Assembly (NCBI GenBank): GCA_963728205.1 | Contig: CAVSIV010000004.1 | Coordinates: 64,001 to 128,000, forward strand | Direction: 5' to 3' | From: an uncultured Chloroflexia bacterium | Lineage (GTDB): Bacteria; Chloroflexota; Dehalococcoidia; UBA2979 | DNA length: 64,000 nt | Shown: piece by piece, positions 19,777 to 29,310 of the stretch | Position numbering within the stretch: the first letter of the stretch is position 1 | Layout: each line of letters opens with the position of its first letter | Made by a program: the position numbers and the translations under genes | The notes under the pieces: model-generated | Told to the model about the DNA's origin: nothing | Database searches by the model: none | The model's input: the letters and a program-made list of their open reading frames with translations, nothing else

Positions 19777-22299
19777 TCAAGAGGCAGCCCGAAGGCCACC
19801 CGAACGTTCGCGAACATATCCTTCGATCACGTCGGCCGGCTGTGGTCGCGAGAAGTAGAAGCCCTGTGCGGTCGCGCACCCGATATCCGACAGGATCTGG
19901 ACCTGCTCGGGGCGCTCGATGCCCTCCGCCACGACCTTGAGCTCCAGCGCGCGCGCCACGTTCACGACCGCGCGGACGATGTTCGCCTCGCGCTCGTCGT
20001 GATCCACGTCGGTGACGAAAGAGCGGTCGACCTTGAGCACGTCGGCCGGCAGGCGGCGTAGGTAGTTCAGCGACGAGTAGCCGGTCCCGAAGTCGTCGAT
20101 TGCGATCTCGACCCCGAGTCCCTTCAGCTCGAAGAAGACCTTCCGCGCGAGCGTGACATCGCGCATCAGCACGCTTTCGGTGATCTCGATGCGGAGCAGC
20201 TCCGGACGCAGATTCGCGTCGCGCAGCGTCTTGGCGACACGCCACGTCAGGTCCGGCTCCATGAACTCCTTCGCAGAGAGATTCACGGCCATCGTGAAGT
20301 GACCGAGGGCGGGGATCTTCTTCTGCCACTCGCGCGCCTGGCGACAGGCCTCAGCGAGGACCCACTGGCCGATGGGCACGATCTCGCCCGTCTCCTCGGC
20401 GAGCGGGATGAAGTCGTTCGGGGGGACCAGGCCACGCGTCGGGTGCTCCCAGCGCACGAGCGCCTCGAACCCCACCACCTGGAGCGTCTCGAGATCCAGC
20501 TCGGGCTGGTAGAACACCCGCAGCTGCCCCTCCTTGACCGCCTGCCGCAGGTCGGCCTCCAGCTCGAAGCGCTTCATCGACGAGGCGTCGATCGCATCGT
20601 CGAAGACCACGTGCCGCGCGCGGCCCTCTTCCTTCGCGCGGAACACGGCGACGTCCGCGCGACGCACGAGGTCCCGCGAGTCATTCTCGCCAGGCGTGCT
20701 CAGTGCGACGCCAATGCTCGCGGTCACCACGGCGCTGTGCACCCCAAACTCCAGCGGCTGCGAGAACGCCTGGAGCAGCTTGCGCGCCATCAGGTCGACG
20801 TCGAGGGGCGAGTGGAGGTCTTCCAGAAGGATCACGAACTCGTCGCCGCCGAGACGCGCGACGGTGTCATCGGGACGCAGCACCTCGGTGATTCGCCGGG
20901 CGGCCGTCACAAGCAGATCGTCGCCAGCTGCATGGCCAAGGCTGTCGTTCACCACCTTGAAGCGGTCGAGGTCGATGAAGAGTACCGCCACCTGCGCGCC
21001 GCGCCGCGCTGCGCCCGAGAGCGCATGCGCGAGGCGGTCGAGGAACAGCGCGCGGTTCGGGAGCTGGGTCAGCGGGTCGTGGAATGCCTGGTGCCGGAGC
21101 TGGTCCTCGAGCGCCTTTCGGTCGGTCACGTCGTGCGCGTTCACGACGATGCCATGGACGGCGTCGTCCTCGAGCAGGTTCTGCACGATTGCCGTGTAGT
21201 CGCGCATGGTGCCGTCGCGCAGCGTGAGGCGAAGGTCCATCGTGGCCTGCAAGTCCGGATTCGCGAGGACCTCGGCGAGGACGCTTGTCACCTGCGGCAG
21301 CTCCTCTGGCCGCGCGAGCGCGAGGAAGTCGCGCTCGGCCTCACCCTCGAATGTGCGGCGCTCGCCGTTGGGACCAGGACTCAGGTACTGGATCGAAGCG
21401 TCCGCATCGAGGACGGCGATGAAGCCGGGAGCGTTCTGGACGAGCGAGCGGAACCGCTGCTCGCTGCGACCGAGCGCACGGTTGGCCTCCTGGAGACGCT
21501 CGACACCAGCCCGCGCGCGGCTCGTGTACTGACGCGACGCCAGCGCCAGCATGGCGACGGGCATCGCGAAGATCGCCACGCCAACGAATCCAAGCTCGAC
21601 GAAAGAGATGGCGCTCGCATAGGCCGCGAGACCGAACGCCCCATAATGCGGCGCGAGCCAGCGGAACTTCTCGTCCCACACCGGGTATGGTCCGCGCCCC
21701 GTGCTAATCGACACCGCCAGCGCGACGAGCCAGGAGTTGACCAGGAAGGCCGTCTCCGCGGAGAGAAGCACGACGGGCAGATCGCGCAGGATCCGGCTCG
21801 CGGACGGACCACCGGTGATCGCGTAGAACATCGCGAGCCCGACCATCGCCGAGAGCGGCACCAGGCAGGCGTTGAACACGTACTTGTACCAGGTGCGCCG
21901 CTCGTGAGCCGACGCAACCAGGATCGAGAGCACGGAGACCAGACCGGCCACGCCCGGGCCGACCACGACCCCCATCGCGAAGACGGGGACGAACGCGAGC
22001 GTGAGCCGGCTGCCGCCGAAGAGGTCCGTCTCCCAGTTCTCTAGACCGGCGATCAGCACGGCCAGAAACAGGATGGACGTCCAGCTCGGGCGGGTGACCG
22101 TCGCGACCGCCAGCGGCCCGAGCAGCGTCGCCCAGATCAGCAGCGCCGTGGCGCCGAAGACGCCCACCAGGTAGACGCCGAGCACGGCCCCCGCGCGCGG
22201 GCGCACGCGTGACGCCGGAGCGTCGGACGTCGCGCGCCGGCCGGCGATTCCGGTCCCGGCGCGAAACGCATAGCGGAGTCGTCGACCAGTCGTTGCCAC
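19777..22299 (-). CDS. membrane-sensor (MASE9-like) PAS-GGDEF-EAL diguanylate cyclase/phosphodiesterase
   Basis: multi-TM N-terminus with KYVFN and FLVNSWLV motifs; PAS (SEQRFRSLVQN...HDVTDRK); HDPLTQLPNR, RPDD I-site, RLGGDEF; YQP, FEALVRW, DDFGTGYSSL, AEGIE; start may extend to 22368. Confidence 0.93.
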   Translation of the reverse strand: MATTGRRLRYAFRAGTGIAGRRATSDAPASRVRPRAGAVLGVYLVGVFGATALLIWATLLGPLAVATVTRPSWTSILFLAVLIAGLENWETDLFGGSRLTLAFVPVFAMGVVVGPGVAGLVSVLSILVASAHERRTWYKYVFNACLVPLSAMVGLAMFYAITGGPSASRILRDLPVVLLSAETAFLVNSWLVALAVSISTGRGPYPVWDEKFRWLAPHYGAFGLAAYASAISFVELGFVGVAIFAMPVAMLALASRQYTSRARAGVERLQEANRALGRSEQRFRSLVQNAPGFIAVLDADASIQYLSPGPNGERRTFEGEAERDFLALARPEELPQVTSVLAEVLANPDLQATMDLRLTLRDGTMRDYTAIVQNLLEDDAVHGIVVNAHDVTDRKALEDQLRHQAFHDPLTQLPNRALFLDRLAHALSGAARRGAQVAVLFIDLDRFKVVNDSLGHAAGDDLLVTAARRITEVLRPDDTVARLGGDEFVILLEDLHSPLDVDLMARKLLQAFSQPLEFGVHSAVVTASIGVALSTPGENDSRDLVRRADVAVFRAKEEGRARHVVFDDAIDASSMKRFELEADLRQAVKEGQLRVFYQPELDLETLQVVGFEALVRWEHPTRGLVPPNDFIPLAEETGEIVPIGQWVLAEACRQAREWQKKIPALGHFTMAVNLSAKEFMEPDLTWRVAKTLRDANLRPELLRIEITESVLMRDVTLARKVFFELKGLGVEIAIDDFGTGYSSLNYLRRLPADVLKVDRSFVTDVDHDEREANIVRAVVNVARALELKVVAEGIERPEQVQILSDIGCATAQGFYFSRPQPADVIEGYVRERSGGLRAAS

Positions 22300-22541
22300 G
22301 GCGTCGGCCTCTCGGCCCCACCCCTCTCGGTTCCTTCTCCCGATCACTATCGACTCGCCATACGTCATCCGTAGAAGCGGTTGCCCCGGGAAGGACGCGG
22401 CGGTCCCACCCGAACCGAGAACGGCCCGAATCAGCGGCTGTCATAAGTCAGTCTGCTGCCGTACACAGCGGCGTCGTGCGGTCCCACCGGGGGATGCGTA
22501 CGTGATGCGCGGACGGTGCCCGGAGGTGCCGGCTCGGACTG

Positions 22542-23525
22542 CTACGGCATCGCCAGCACGAGCTTGCCGAAGTTCTCGTTCGCCTCCATCGCGCGGTGCG
22601 CGTCGGCGACCTCGGCCAGTGGAAACACGCGGTCCACGATCGGGCGCACGGCCCCGGAAGCGAACAGCGGTACCACCCGCGCGACGAACTCCTGCGTGAG
22701 CTGCGCCTTCTGCTCCAGCGGCCGCGCACGCAGCAGCGTGCCGTGCACCTGCAGCCGCTTACCCATCAGCGCGCCGAGGTTCACCTCGAGCTTCGCGCCG
22801 CCCATCGTGCCGACGATGATCATTCGCCCCTGCTGACCGAGCGCCGCCAGGTTCTGCTCCCAGTACGGTGCGCCGATCACGTCGAGCACCACCTGCACGC
22901 CGGCGCCGGCGGTCTCGCGCGCGACGACCTCCGCGAAGTCCTGCTCGCGGTAGTTGATGCCGACATCGAGGCCCAGCGCCCTGGCGGCGTCGAGCTTCGA
23001 GGCCGAGCCGGCGGTGCCGAACGTCCGGCAGCTCGCCGCGTGCGCCAGCTGGATCGCGGCCGTGCCCACGCCCGACCCGGCGGCGTGCACCAGCACGGAC
23101 TCGCCCGTCGCGAGCCCGCACTGCCGGAAGAGCGCGTCGTACGCGGTAAGGAAGACCTCCGGAATCGCCGCCGCCTCGTCGAAGTCGATGTTCGCCGGCA
23201 CCGGCATCAGCATTCGCTCGTGCACCACGACCTTCGACGCGTAGCCGCCCCCGGCGAGCAGCGCCATCACGCGGTCCCCCGGCTCCCAGCCGGTCACGCG
23301 CTCGCCCACCGCCTCAACGACACCGGCCATCTCCAGCCCCGGGATGTCGTCGCGCGTGCCCTTCGGGCCGGGGTACCGCCCGCGCCGTTGCAGGAGGTCG
23401 GCGCGGTTGAGCGCGGTCGCCCGCACCGCCACCCGCACCTCCTCCGCGCCGAACGCGGGGTCGTCGACCTCCTGGATGGCGAAGACGTCGGGGTCTCCGG
23501 GCGTCGTGATCACGGCTGCGCGCAT
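22542..23525 (-). CDS. NAD(P)H-quinone oxidoreductase (PIG3/zeta-crystallin type)
   Basis: LNRADLLQRRGRYP, PGLEMAG, HAAGSGVGTAAIQLA and FGKLVL motifs; RBS GGAGGAGG. Confidence 0.9.
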   Translation of the reverse strand: MRAAVITTPGDPDVFAIQEVDDPAFGAEEVRVAVRATALNRADLLQRRGRYPGPKGTRDDIPGLEMAGVVEAVGERVTGWEPGDRVMALLAGGGYASKVVVHERMLMPVPANIDFDEAAAIPEVFLTAYDALFRQCGLATGESVLVHAAGSGVGTAAIQLAHAASCRTFGTAGSASKLDAARALGLDVGINYREQDFAEVVARETAGAGVQVVLDVIGAPYWEQNLAALGQQGRMIIVGTMGGAKLEVNLGALMGKRLQVHGTLLRARPLEQKAQLTQEFVARVVPLFASGAVRPIVDRVFPLAEVADAHRAMEANENFGKLVLAMP

Positions 23526-23630
23526 GGGGCCTCCTCCGGCCGGATGGTACCCCGCCTCGCCGCTGCGCCGAACGCCGGTGCGGTCGATGGGGCTCCTATA
23601 CTCGACGCGGTCGTCCCCTGGAGGTGCCCG

Positions 23631-25028
23631 ATGCCCGACGCCGCCCCCGGCCCCACCCGCGCGCTCGCCAACTTCGTCGCCTCCGCCGGCGTCCCCGCCG
23701 CCGTCCGCGACGTCACGCGGCGCTACCTGCTCGACTGGCTCGGCTCCGCCGTCGCCGGCGGCGAGTTGCGCCCGCCCGCCATCGCGCGCGCCGTCGTCGC
23801 CGACCTCGGCGGCCACCCGCAGGCGACCGTGCTCGCCACCGGCGAGCGCACCTCCGCGCCCCTCGCCGCCTTTGCCAACGCCGCCGCCGCTCACGTGCTC
23901 GAGATGGACGACCTCGACCGCGAGTCGATCTCGCACCCCGCCGCGCCCATCGTCGCGGCCGCGCTCGCGGTCGGCGAGCGTGAGGGCGCCGACGGCGCGG
24001 CGCTGCTCGACGCCATCGCCGTCGGCTACGAGGTGAGCATCCGCGTCGGCGAGGCGCTCGGCCCGCGCCACTACGAGCACTGGCACACCACCGGCACCGC
24101 CGGCACCCTCGGCGCGGCCGCCGCCGCCGCGCGGCTCGCCGGCCTCGACGCGGCGACCACCCTCCAGGCGCTCGGCAGCGCCGGCACGATGACCGCCGGC
24201 CTGTGGGAGTTCCTCGCCGACGGTGCGATGTCGAAGCAGCTCCACCCGGCGAAGGCCGCGCACGACGGCATCCTCGCGGCGCTCCTCGCCGCCCGCGGGT
24301 TCTCCGCCGCCACGCACATCCTCGAGGGCCCGAAGGGCGTGCTCGCCGCGATGAGCACCGACGCCCGCCCCGAGCGGCTCACGCACGGCCTGGCGGTCGA
24401 CATGAGCGACTGGCGCATCGCAAAGGTGTCGTTCAAGGTCCACGCCTCGTGCCGGCACACCCATTCCGCGGTCGACGCGGCGCTGGCCCTGCGCCGGCAG
24501 CACGCCCTGGCGCCGGACGCGATCGCCCGCGTCGACGTGCGCGTCTACTCGCAGGCGCTCGGGCTGCTCGACGGCATGGAGCCGACCACGCCGTACGCCG
24601 CGAAATTCTCGCTGCCGTTCTGCGTCGCCGCCGCGCTCGTCCATGGCGACCTCGCTCCCCAGCGCTTCACAGACGACTCCATCACCGAAGCCGGGACGCT
24701 CGCCCTCACCGAGCGGGTCCACTTCACGACCGACCCCGCGCTCGACGCGCTCTACCCGACCGCGTGGCCGAGCATCGTCACCGTCACCCTCGCGGACGGC
24801 ACGCAGCTCGAGGCGCGCGTCGACCACCCCGCGGGCGATCCCGAGAGCGGCATCACCGAGGCAGACATCGCCGCGAAGTTCCGCACGCTGACCGACGCGC
24901 TGCTCGGCGACGCGGCGCAGCGCCTCGCGCACGACGTGCTCGCCGCGCAGCCGCCGCCGGCCCCCGGGGCGATCGTCGCCGCCGTGACGGCGGCCACCAC
25001 CGGCCATCGGCTCGTCTCCGCAGGCTGA
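23631..25028 (+). CDS. MmgE/PrpD family protein
   Basis: HVLEMDD, SHP, WHTTGT, KQLHPA, FKVHASCRHTH, AKFSLP and GDPE motifs. Confidence 0.9.
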   Translation: MPDAAPGPTRALANFVASAGVPAAVRDVTRRYLLDWLGSAVAGGELRPPAIARAVVADLGGHPQATVLATGERTSAPLAAFANAAAAHVLEMDDLDRESISHPAAPIVAAALAVGEREGADGAALLDAIAVGYEVSIRVGEALGPRHYEHWHTTGTAGTLGAAAAAARLAGLDAATTLQALGSAGTMTAGLWEFLADGAMSKQLHPAKAAHDGILAALLAARGFSAATHILEGPKGVLAAMSTDARPERLTHGLAVDMSDWRIAKVSFKVHASCRHTHSAVDAALALRRQHALAPDAIARVDVRVYSQALGLLDGMEPTTPYAAKFSLPFCVAAALVHGDLAPQRFTDDSITEAGTLALTERVHFTTDPALDALYPTAWPSIVTVTLADGTQLEARVDHPAGDPESGITEADIAAKFRTLTDALLGDAAQRLAHDVLAAQPPPAPGAIVAAVTAATTGHRLVSAG

Positions 25029-25124
25029 TCCGCGCGTCCGACCCCCGTTCCCCGTGCGTTCGTGCCGTGACGCGGCAAGGGTGCGTGCTACGATCCGCGT
25101 CGATTCACGGAGCGAAGAGGGGGA

Positions 25125-27629
25125 GTGGTGCCCGGACTGAGAGACTCGCACCGACTGACCGTCGACCAGGTCACCGCACCGCTCGATCCCGCGTCCCTCT
25201 CCTTCCAGCGCACCGATGAGCTGCCGCCGATTGAGGCCGTCTTCGGCCAGGAGCGGGCCGTGCGCGCAATCGAGTTCGCGCTCGGCATGGAGGCGCCGGG
25301 CTACAACCTCTTCGCCTCCGGACCGGATGGCATCGGCAAGTCGACCATCGTCGAGTCGTTCCTGCGCCGCCGCGCCGCGCAGATGCCGGCGCCGCAGGAC
25401 TGGATCTACGTCCGCAACTTCCACGACACCGACCGGCCAATCGGCATCGCGATGCCGCCGGGACGCGGACGCGCGTTCGCGGAGGCGGTCGCCAACGCCG
25501 TGCAGGCCGCCGGCCGCGAGATCCGCGCCGCCTTCGACTCCGACGACTACGCCCGCCAGCAGCAGGCACTCGGCTCCGAGCTCGAGGAGGAGCGCTCGCG
25601 GCAGCTGCAGCACCTCCAGGACCAGGCGCGCGAGCTCGGCTTCTTCCTTCAGCTCACGCCGCAGGGCATCAACTCGGCGCCGCTGATCGACGGCCAGCCA
25701 GCCACGCAGGAGCAGTTCGATGCGCTCCCCGAGGAAGAGCGCAACCGCGTGCAGGAGCAGGCCAAGCAGCTCGAGTCGCTCGTGCAGGACACGATGCTCA
25801 AGCTCCGCGCCACCGAGCGCGGCGCCCGCGAGCGCTCGACGCAGCAGGACGAGGACGTCGCGGCGGCGGCGATCCACGACATCTTCGAGGCGCTGCTCGC
25901 CGAGTACGGCGACAATCCGGAGATCCGCGCCTTCGTCGAGGCCGTGCGCGACGACATCCGCAAGGAGCGCGACCGCTTCCGCCAGGAAGGGCAGCCGACG
26001 GGGCTCCCGGCGATGCTCGGCGGCCAGCAGGGCCCGCCGGTGCGGCGCTACGAGGTCAACGTCGCGATCAGCAACGACCCGTCGGACGGCGCGCCGGTGA
26101 TCCGCGAGCGCCACCCGACGTTCAACAACCTCCTCGGCCATGTCGAGTACCAGGGCCAGTTCGGCGCGGTGACGACCGACCACACGATGATCAAGGCCGG
26201 CTCGCTGGCGCGGGCGAATGGCGGCTTCATCGTGCTGCGACTGCGCGACCTCCTGCAGCAGCCCGTGGCGCTGGACGCGCTGAAGCGCGCACTGGACGCC
26301 GGGGAGATCGCGATCGAGAACGTCGCCGAGGCCTATGGCCTCGCGCCGACGGTCGGGCTGCGGCCGGCGCCGATCCCGCTGCACGTGAAGGTCGTGATCG
26401 TCGGAGACGCGCAGCTGTACTCGCTCCTCTACCGCTACGACCCCGACTTCCGCGAGCTGTTCCGCGTCAAGGCCGACTTCGAGGTCGACGTGCCGCGCAC
26501 GCCCGAGAACATCCGCGGGCTCGCCGGCTTCATCGCGAGTCACTGCGAGCGTCACCACCTGCGATGCTTCAGCGCCGCAGCCGTCGCGCGGCTCGTCGAG
26601 CACTCGTCCCGCACGGTCGAGGACCGCGAGCGGCTGTCGGCGAACCTCGGCGGGTTCCTCGACACGATTCGCCAGGCCGACTACTGGGCGTCCGTGGACG
26701 GCCAGGAGACGGTCGAGGTGCGTCACGTCGAGCGGGCGCTCGAAGAGCGCATCTACCGGTCGGCGCTGGTGCGCGACCGCATCCAGGAGGCGATCGAGAA
26801 GGACGAGATCCACGTCGAGGTCGAGGGCGAGCGCGTCGGCCAAATCAACGCGCTGGCGGTGTACGACCTGGGCGACTTCGAGTTCGGCCGGCCCTCGCGG
26901 ATCACGGGCGTGACGTCGGCCGGGCACGGCACCATCGTCATGGTCGACCGCGAGAGCGACCTGTCCGGTCGCATCCATACCAAGGGCTTCTTCATCCTGC
27001 GCGGGTTCCTCACGGAGCGCTTCGGCCAGGTCCGCGGCGGCCAGCTGCACGCCAGCCTCACCTTCGAGCAGCTCTACGGCGACATCGACGGCGACTCCGC
27101 TTCCTCGACCGAGCTCTACGTCCTGCTGTCCGCGCTGGCCGACGTCCCGATCGACCAGGGCGTCGCCGTCACGGGCTCGGTCGACCAGCTCGGCCGGGTG
27201 CAGCCGATCGGCGGCGCGATCGCGAAGATCGAGGGCTTCTATGAGGTCTGCCGCCAGCACGGCCTGAACGGCAAGCAGGGCGTGATGATCCCGGCCACGA
27301 ACGTGCGGCACGTGATCCTGCGACCGGAGATCGCGCAGGCCGTCGCGTCCGGGCAGTTCCACGTGTGGGCGGTGTCGACCATCGAAGAGGGCATCGAGAT
27401 CCTGACCGGCATGCCCGCCGGTGTGCGGGGCGACGACGGTGCGTACCCCGAGGGGACGGTCTACCGGCGCGTCGAGGACCGCCTCGCCGCGTTCGCGCTG
27501 GAGATCCGCGAGCAGGCGGCGCCGCCGGGCGCGGCGCCGGGCATGCGCGTCGTGATGCCGCAACAGCAGCAGCCGAACCCGCCGGGCATCCCGCCGCAGC
27601 CCCCGCCCGAGCCGCCGGTCCACGTGTGA
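25125..27629 (+). CDS. LonC-type (AAA_32 plus Lon_C) protease
   Basis: GQERAVRA, GYNLF, GPDGIGKS, ANGGFIVL, GQINALAV, DGDSAS (catalytic Ser) and GGAIAKIEGF (catalytic Lys). Confidence 0.9.
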   Translation: MVPGLRDSHRLTVDQVTAPLDPASLSFQRTDELPPIEAVFGQERAVRAIEFALGMEAPGYNLFASGPDGIGKSTIVESFLRRRAAQMPAPQDWIYVRNFHDTDRPIGIAMPPGRGRAFAEAVANAVQAAGREIRAAFDSDDYARQQQALGSELEEERSRQLQHLQDQARELGFFLQLTPQGINSAPLIDGQPATQEQFDALPEEERNRVQEQAKQLESLVQDTMLKLRATERGARERSTQQDEDVAAAAIHDIFEALLAEYGDNPEIRAFVEAVRDDIRKERDRFRQEGQPTGLPAMLGGQQGPPVRRYEVNVAISNDPSDGAPVIRERHPTFNNLLGHVEYQGQFGAVTTDHTMIKAGSLARANGGFIVLRLRDLLQQPVALDALKRALDAGEIAIENVAEAYGLAPTVGLRPAPIPLHVKVVIVGDAQLYSLLYRYDPDFRELFRVKADFEVDVPRTPENIRGLAGFIASHCERHHLRCFSAAAVARLVEHSSRTVEDRERLSANLGGFLDTIRQADYWASVDGQETVEVRHVERALEERIYRSALVRDRIQEAIEKDEIHVEVEGERVGQINALAVYDLGDFEFGRPSRITGVTSAGHGTIVMVDRESDLSGRIHTKGFFILRGFLTERFGQVRGGQLHASLTFEQLYGDIDGDSASSTELYVLLSALADVPIDQGVAVTGSVDQLGRVQPIGGAIAKIEGFYEVCRQHGLNGKQGVMIPATNVRHVILRPEIAQAVASGQFHVWAVSTIEEGIEILTGMPAGVRGDDGAYPEGTVYRRVEDRLAAFALEIREQAAPPGAAPGMRVVMPQQQQPNPPGIPPQPPPEPPVHV

Positions 27630-27641
27630 GACGGGCCCCCG

Positions 27642-28202
27642 GTGCCCGCTGAGGCCGCGGACGAGCGCCCATTGCTCACGCTCGACTTCGACGGGGTGAT
27701 CTCCAGCCCGCCGTTCGGGCGCAACCTCGGCATCCATCGCGCGTTCCTCGACGCCGCCGCGCCGCCGCTCCCGGCGAGCCGGTGGCCGCGCTGGCTGGGC
27801 GACCCGCTCGACCGCCTGCGGTTCGACTTCCGCCGACCGCTCCCCGAGGCGCCGCAGGCGCTGCGCGCGCTGGCGACGGTGCGCCGCCTCGTCGTGCTCA
27901 CCGGCCGGCGCTCGTCGCCCGCGGCGTGGATCGCGCGCCACCGGCTCCCGGACGTCTTCGAACGCATCGTCATCAACGACGGCTCGCTGCGCAGCCCGCA
28001 CTTCAAGCTGCACGCGATCGAGCTGCTGGGGGCCGATGAGCACATCGACGACGACCCGCGCACCGCGCAGCTCCTCGCGGAGCGCACCGACATTGCCGTC
28101 TACCTCCGCGACTGGCCGCGCAACCGCGACCTGCCCTACGACCCGCGTGTGACGCGGGTCGCCGACCTCGCGGACCTCGCGCGGCGGCTCACGCAGGACT
28201 GA
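27642..28202 (+). CDS. HAD-superfamily protein
   Basis: DFDGVI motif I, LTGR motif II, K, HIDDD motif IV. Confidence 0.75.
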   Translation: MPAEAADERPLLTLDFDGVISSPPFGRNLGIHRAFLDAAAPPLPASRWPRWLGDPLDRLRFDFRRPLPEAPQALRALATVRRLVVLTGRRSSPAAWIARHRLPDVFERIVINDGSLRSPHFKLHAIELLGADEHIDDDPRTAQLLAERTDIAVYLRDWPRNRDLPYDPRVTRVADLADLARRLTQD

Positions 28203-28293
28203 TCGGCAGCCTGCCGCTTGGCCGCTCGCCGCACGCGGTCGCGATGCGCACCACCTGTTCCCACCGCCGCCCGCCGTGTGCGATCCTCCGCGC

Positions 28294-28956
28294 ATGACCG
28301 ACACGCCCCGACCGTCGGACCCCGACGCCAACGCCGCGCCGGCCCTCCCGTCGCACCTCTTCCGCCGCCAGGACGAGTCGCCGGACGGCGCGTTCTACCG
28401 GGAGCCGCGCTTCGTCACGCACATCGACGACGCCACCATGGACGCGCTCACGCAGCTCTACCGCGAGGTGCTCACGCCCGGCGCCGACGTCCTCGACCTG
28501 ATGTCGTCCTGGGTCTCGCACCTGCCGGAGGACGTCCGCTACGGGCGCGTGGCCGGCCTCGGGCTGAACGAGCGGGAGCTCGCGGGCAACCCGCGGCTCG
28601 ACGACTACGCCGTCCACGACCTCAACCGCAACCCGGAGCTGCCGTACCCGGAGGCGTCCTTCGACTTCGTCGTGAACGCGGTCTCCGTGCAGTACCTCAC
28701 GCGGCCGATCGAGGTCTTCGCGTCGGTCGCGCGCGTGCTGCGGCCGGGCGGGACGTACCTCGTCGCGTGCTCGCACCGAATGTTCCCGACGAAGGCGGTC
28801 GCGGTGTGGCAGGCGCTGCAGCCCGACGACCGGATCCGGCTCGTCGGGTCGTACTTCTCCCTCGCCGGCGCCTTCGACGAGCCCGGCTTCGTCGACCGCT
28901 CGCCGGCGGGCGCCGATCCGCTGTGGGTGATCTACGCGCGGCGCGTCGCCGGCTGA
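28294..28956 (+). CDS. class I SAM-dependent methyltransferase
   Basis: FYREPRFVTHID, VLDLMSSWVSHLP, SVQYL...RVLRPGG and RMFPTKAV motifs. Confidence 0.85.
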   Translation: MTDTPRPSDPDANAAPALPSHLFRRQDESPDGAFYREPRFVTHIDDATMDALTQLYREVLTPGADVLDLMSSWVSHLPEDVRYGRVAGLGLNERELAGNPRLDDYAVHDLNRNPELPYPEASFDFVVNAVSVQYLTRPIEVFASVARVLRPGGTYLVACSHRMFPTKAVAVWQALQPDDRIRLVGSYFSLAGAFDEPGFVDRSPAGADPLWVIYARRVAG

Positions 28957-29140
28957 CGCGATCGCGCCGAGCTCGGCGCCCGCGAGGCGCGATTGGCGCG
29001 AAATTTCTCCGACTTTTTTCGCGATCGGCCATGCGCGACCATCCACGTAAGCAGACCGGACGTTATTCTCATCGTCGTGGGAAGAGGGCCCAACAAATAT
29101 CTTCCCCACAGCTGTGTTCTTGAAGAAAGGAACACCGAAG

Positions 29141-29227
29141 TTGGCCACGAAGAAGGCTCCGGCGAAGGCTGCCCCCAAGGCTGCGCCCGCGAAGAGCGGC
29201 GCGAAGGCCCCGGCCAAGAAGAAGTAA
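29141..29227 (+). CDS. 28-aa Lys/Ala/Pro-rich histone-H1-tail-like microprotein
   Basis: TTG start, MATKKAPAKAAPKAAPAKSGAKAPAKKK*; SD GAAAGGA upstream; AT-rich upstream region; terminator downstream. Confidence 0.75.
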   Translation: MATKKAPAKAAPKAAPAKSGAKAPAKKK

Positions 29228-29270
29228 GTGAGTCCGCGATCGCGGACCGGACTGCAGACCGGGCCGCGAC

Positions 29271-29309
29271 AACGAAGAGGCCGCCGGGTGACCGGCGGCC
29301 TCTTCGTTT
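29271..29309. terminator. intrinsic terminator between convergent genes
   Basis: AACGAAGAGGCCGCCGG-GTGA-CCGGCGGCCTCTTCGTT perfect 17-bp stem. Confidence 0.85.
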
Positions 29310-29310
29310 C

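Noticed and set aside
27520-27629. Gln/Pro-rich tail of the LonC protein as a separate element
   Set aside because: In-frame low-complexity C-terminal extension with no independent signals.
22542-28331. 1929-aa giant ORF and other long Arg/Ala/Gly-rich ORFs (e.g. 15017..18490, 33614..36664)
   Set aside because: Antisense or shadow frames of real high-GC genes. Only the last 327 aa of this ORF (quinone oxidoreductase) is real.
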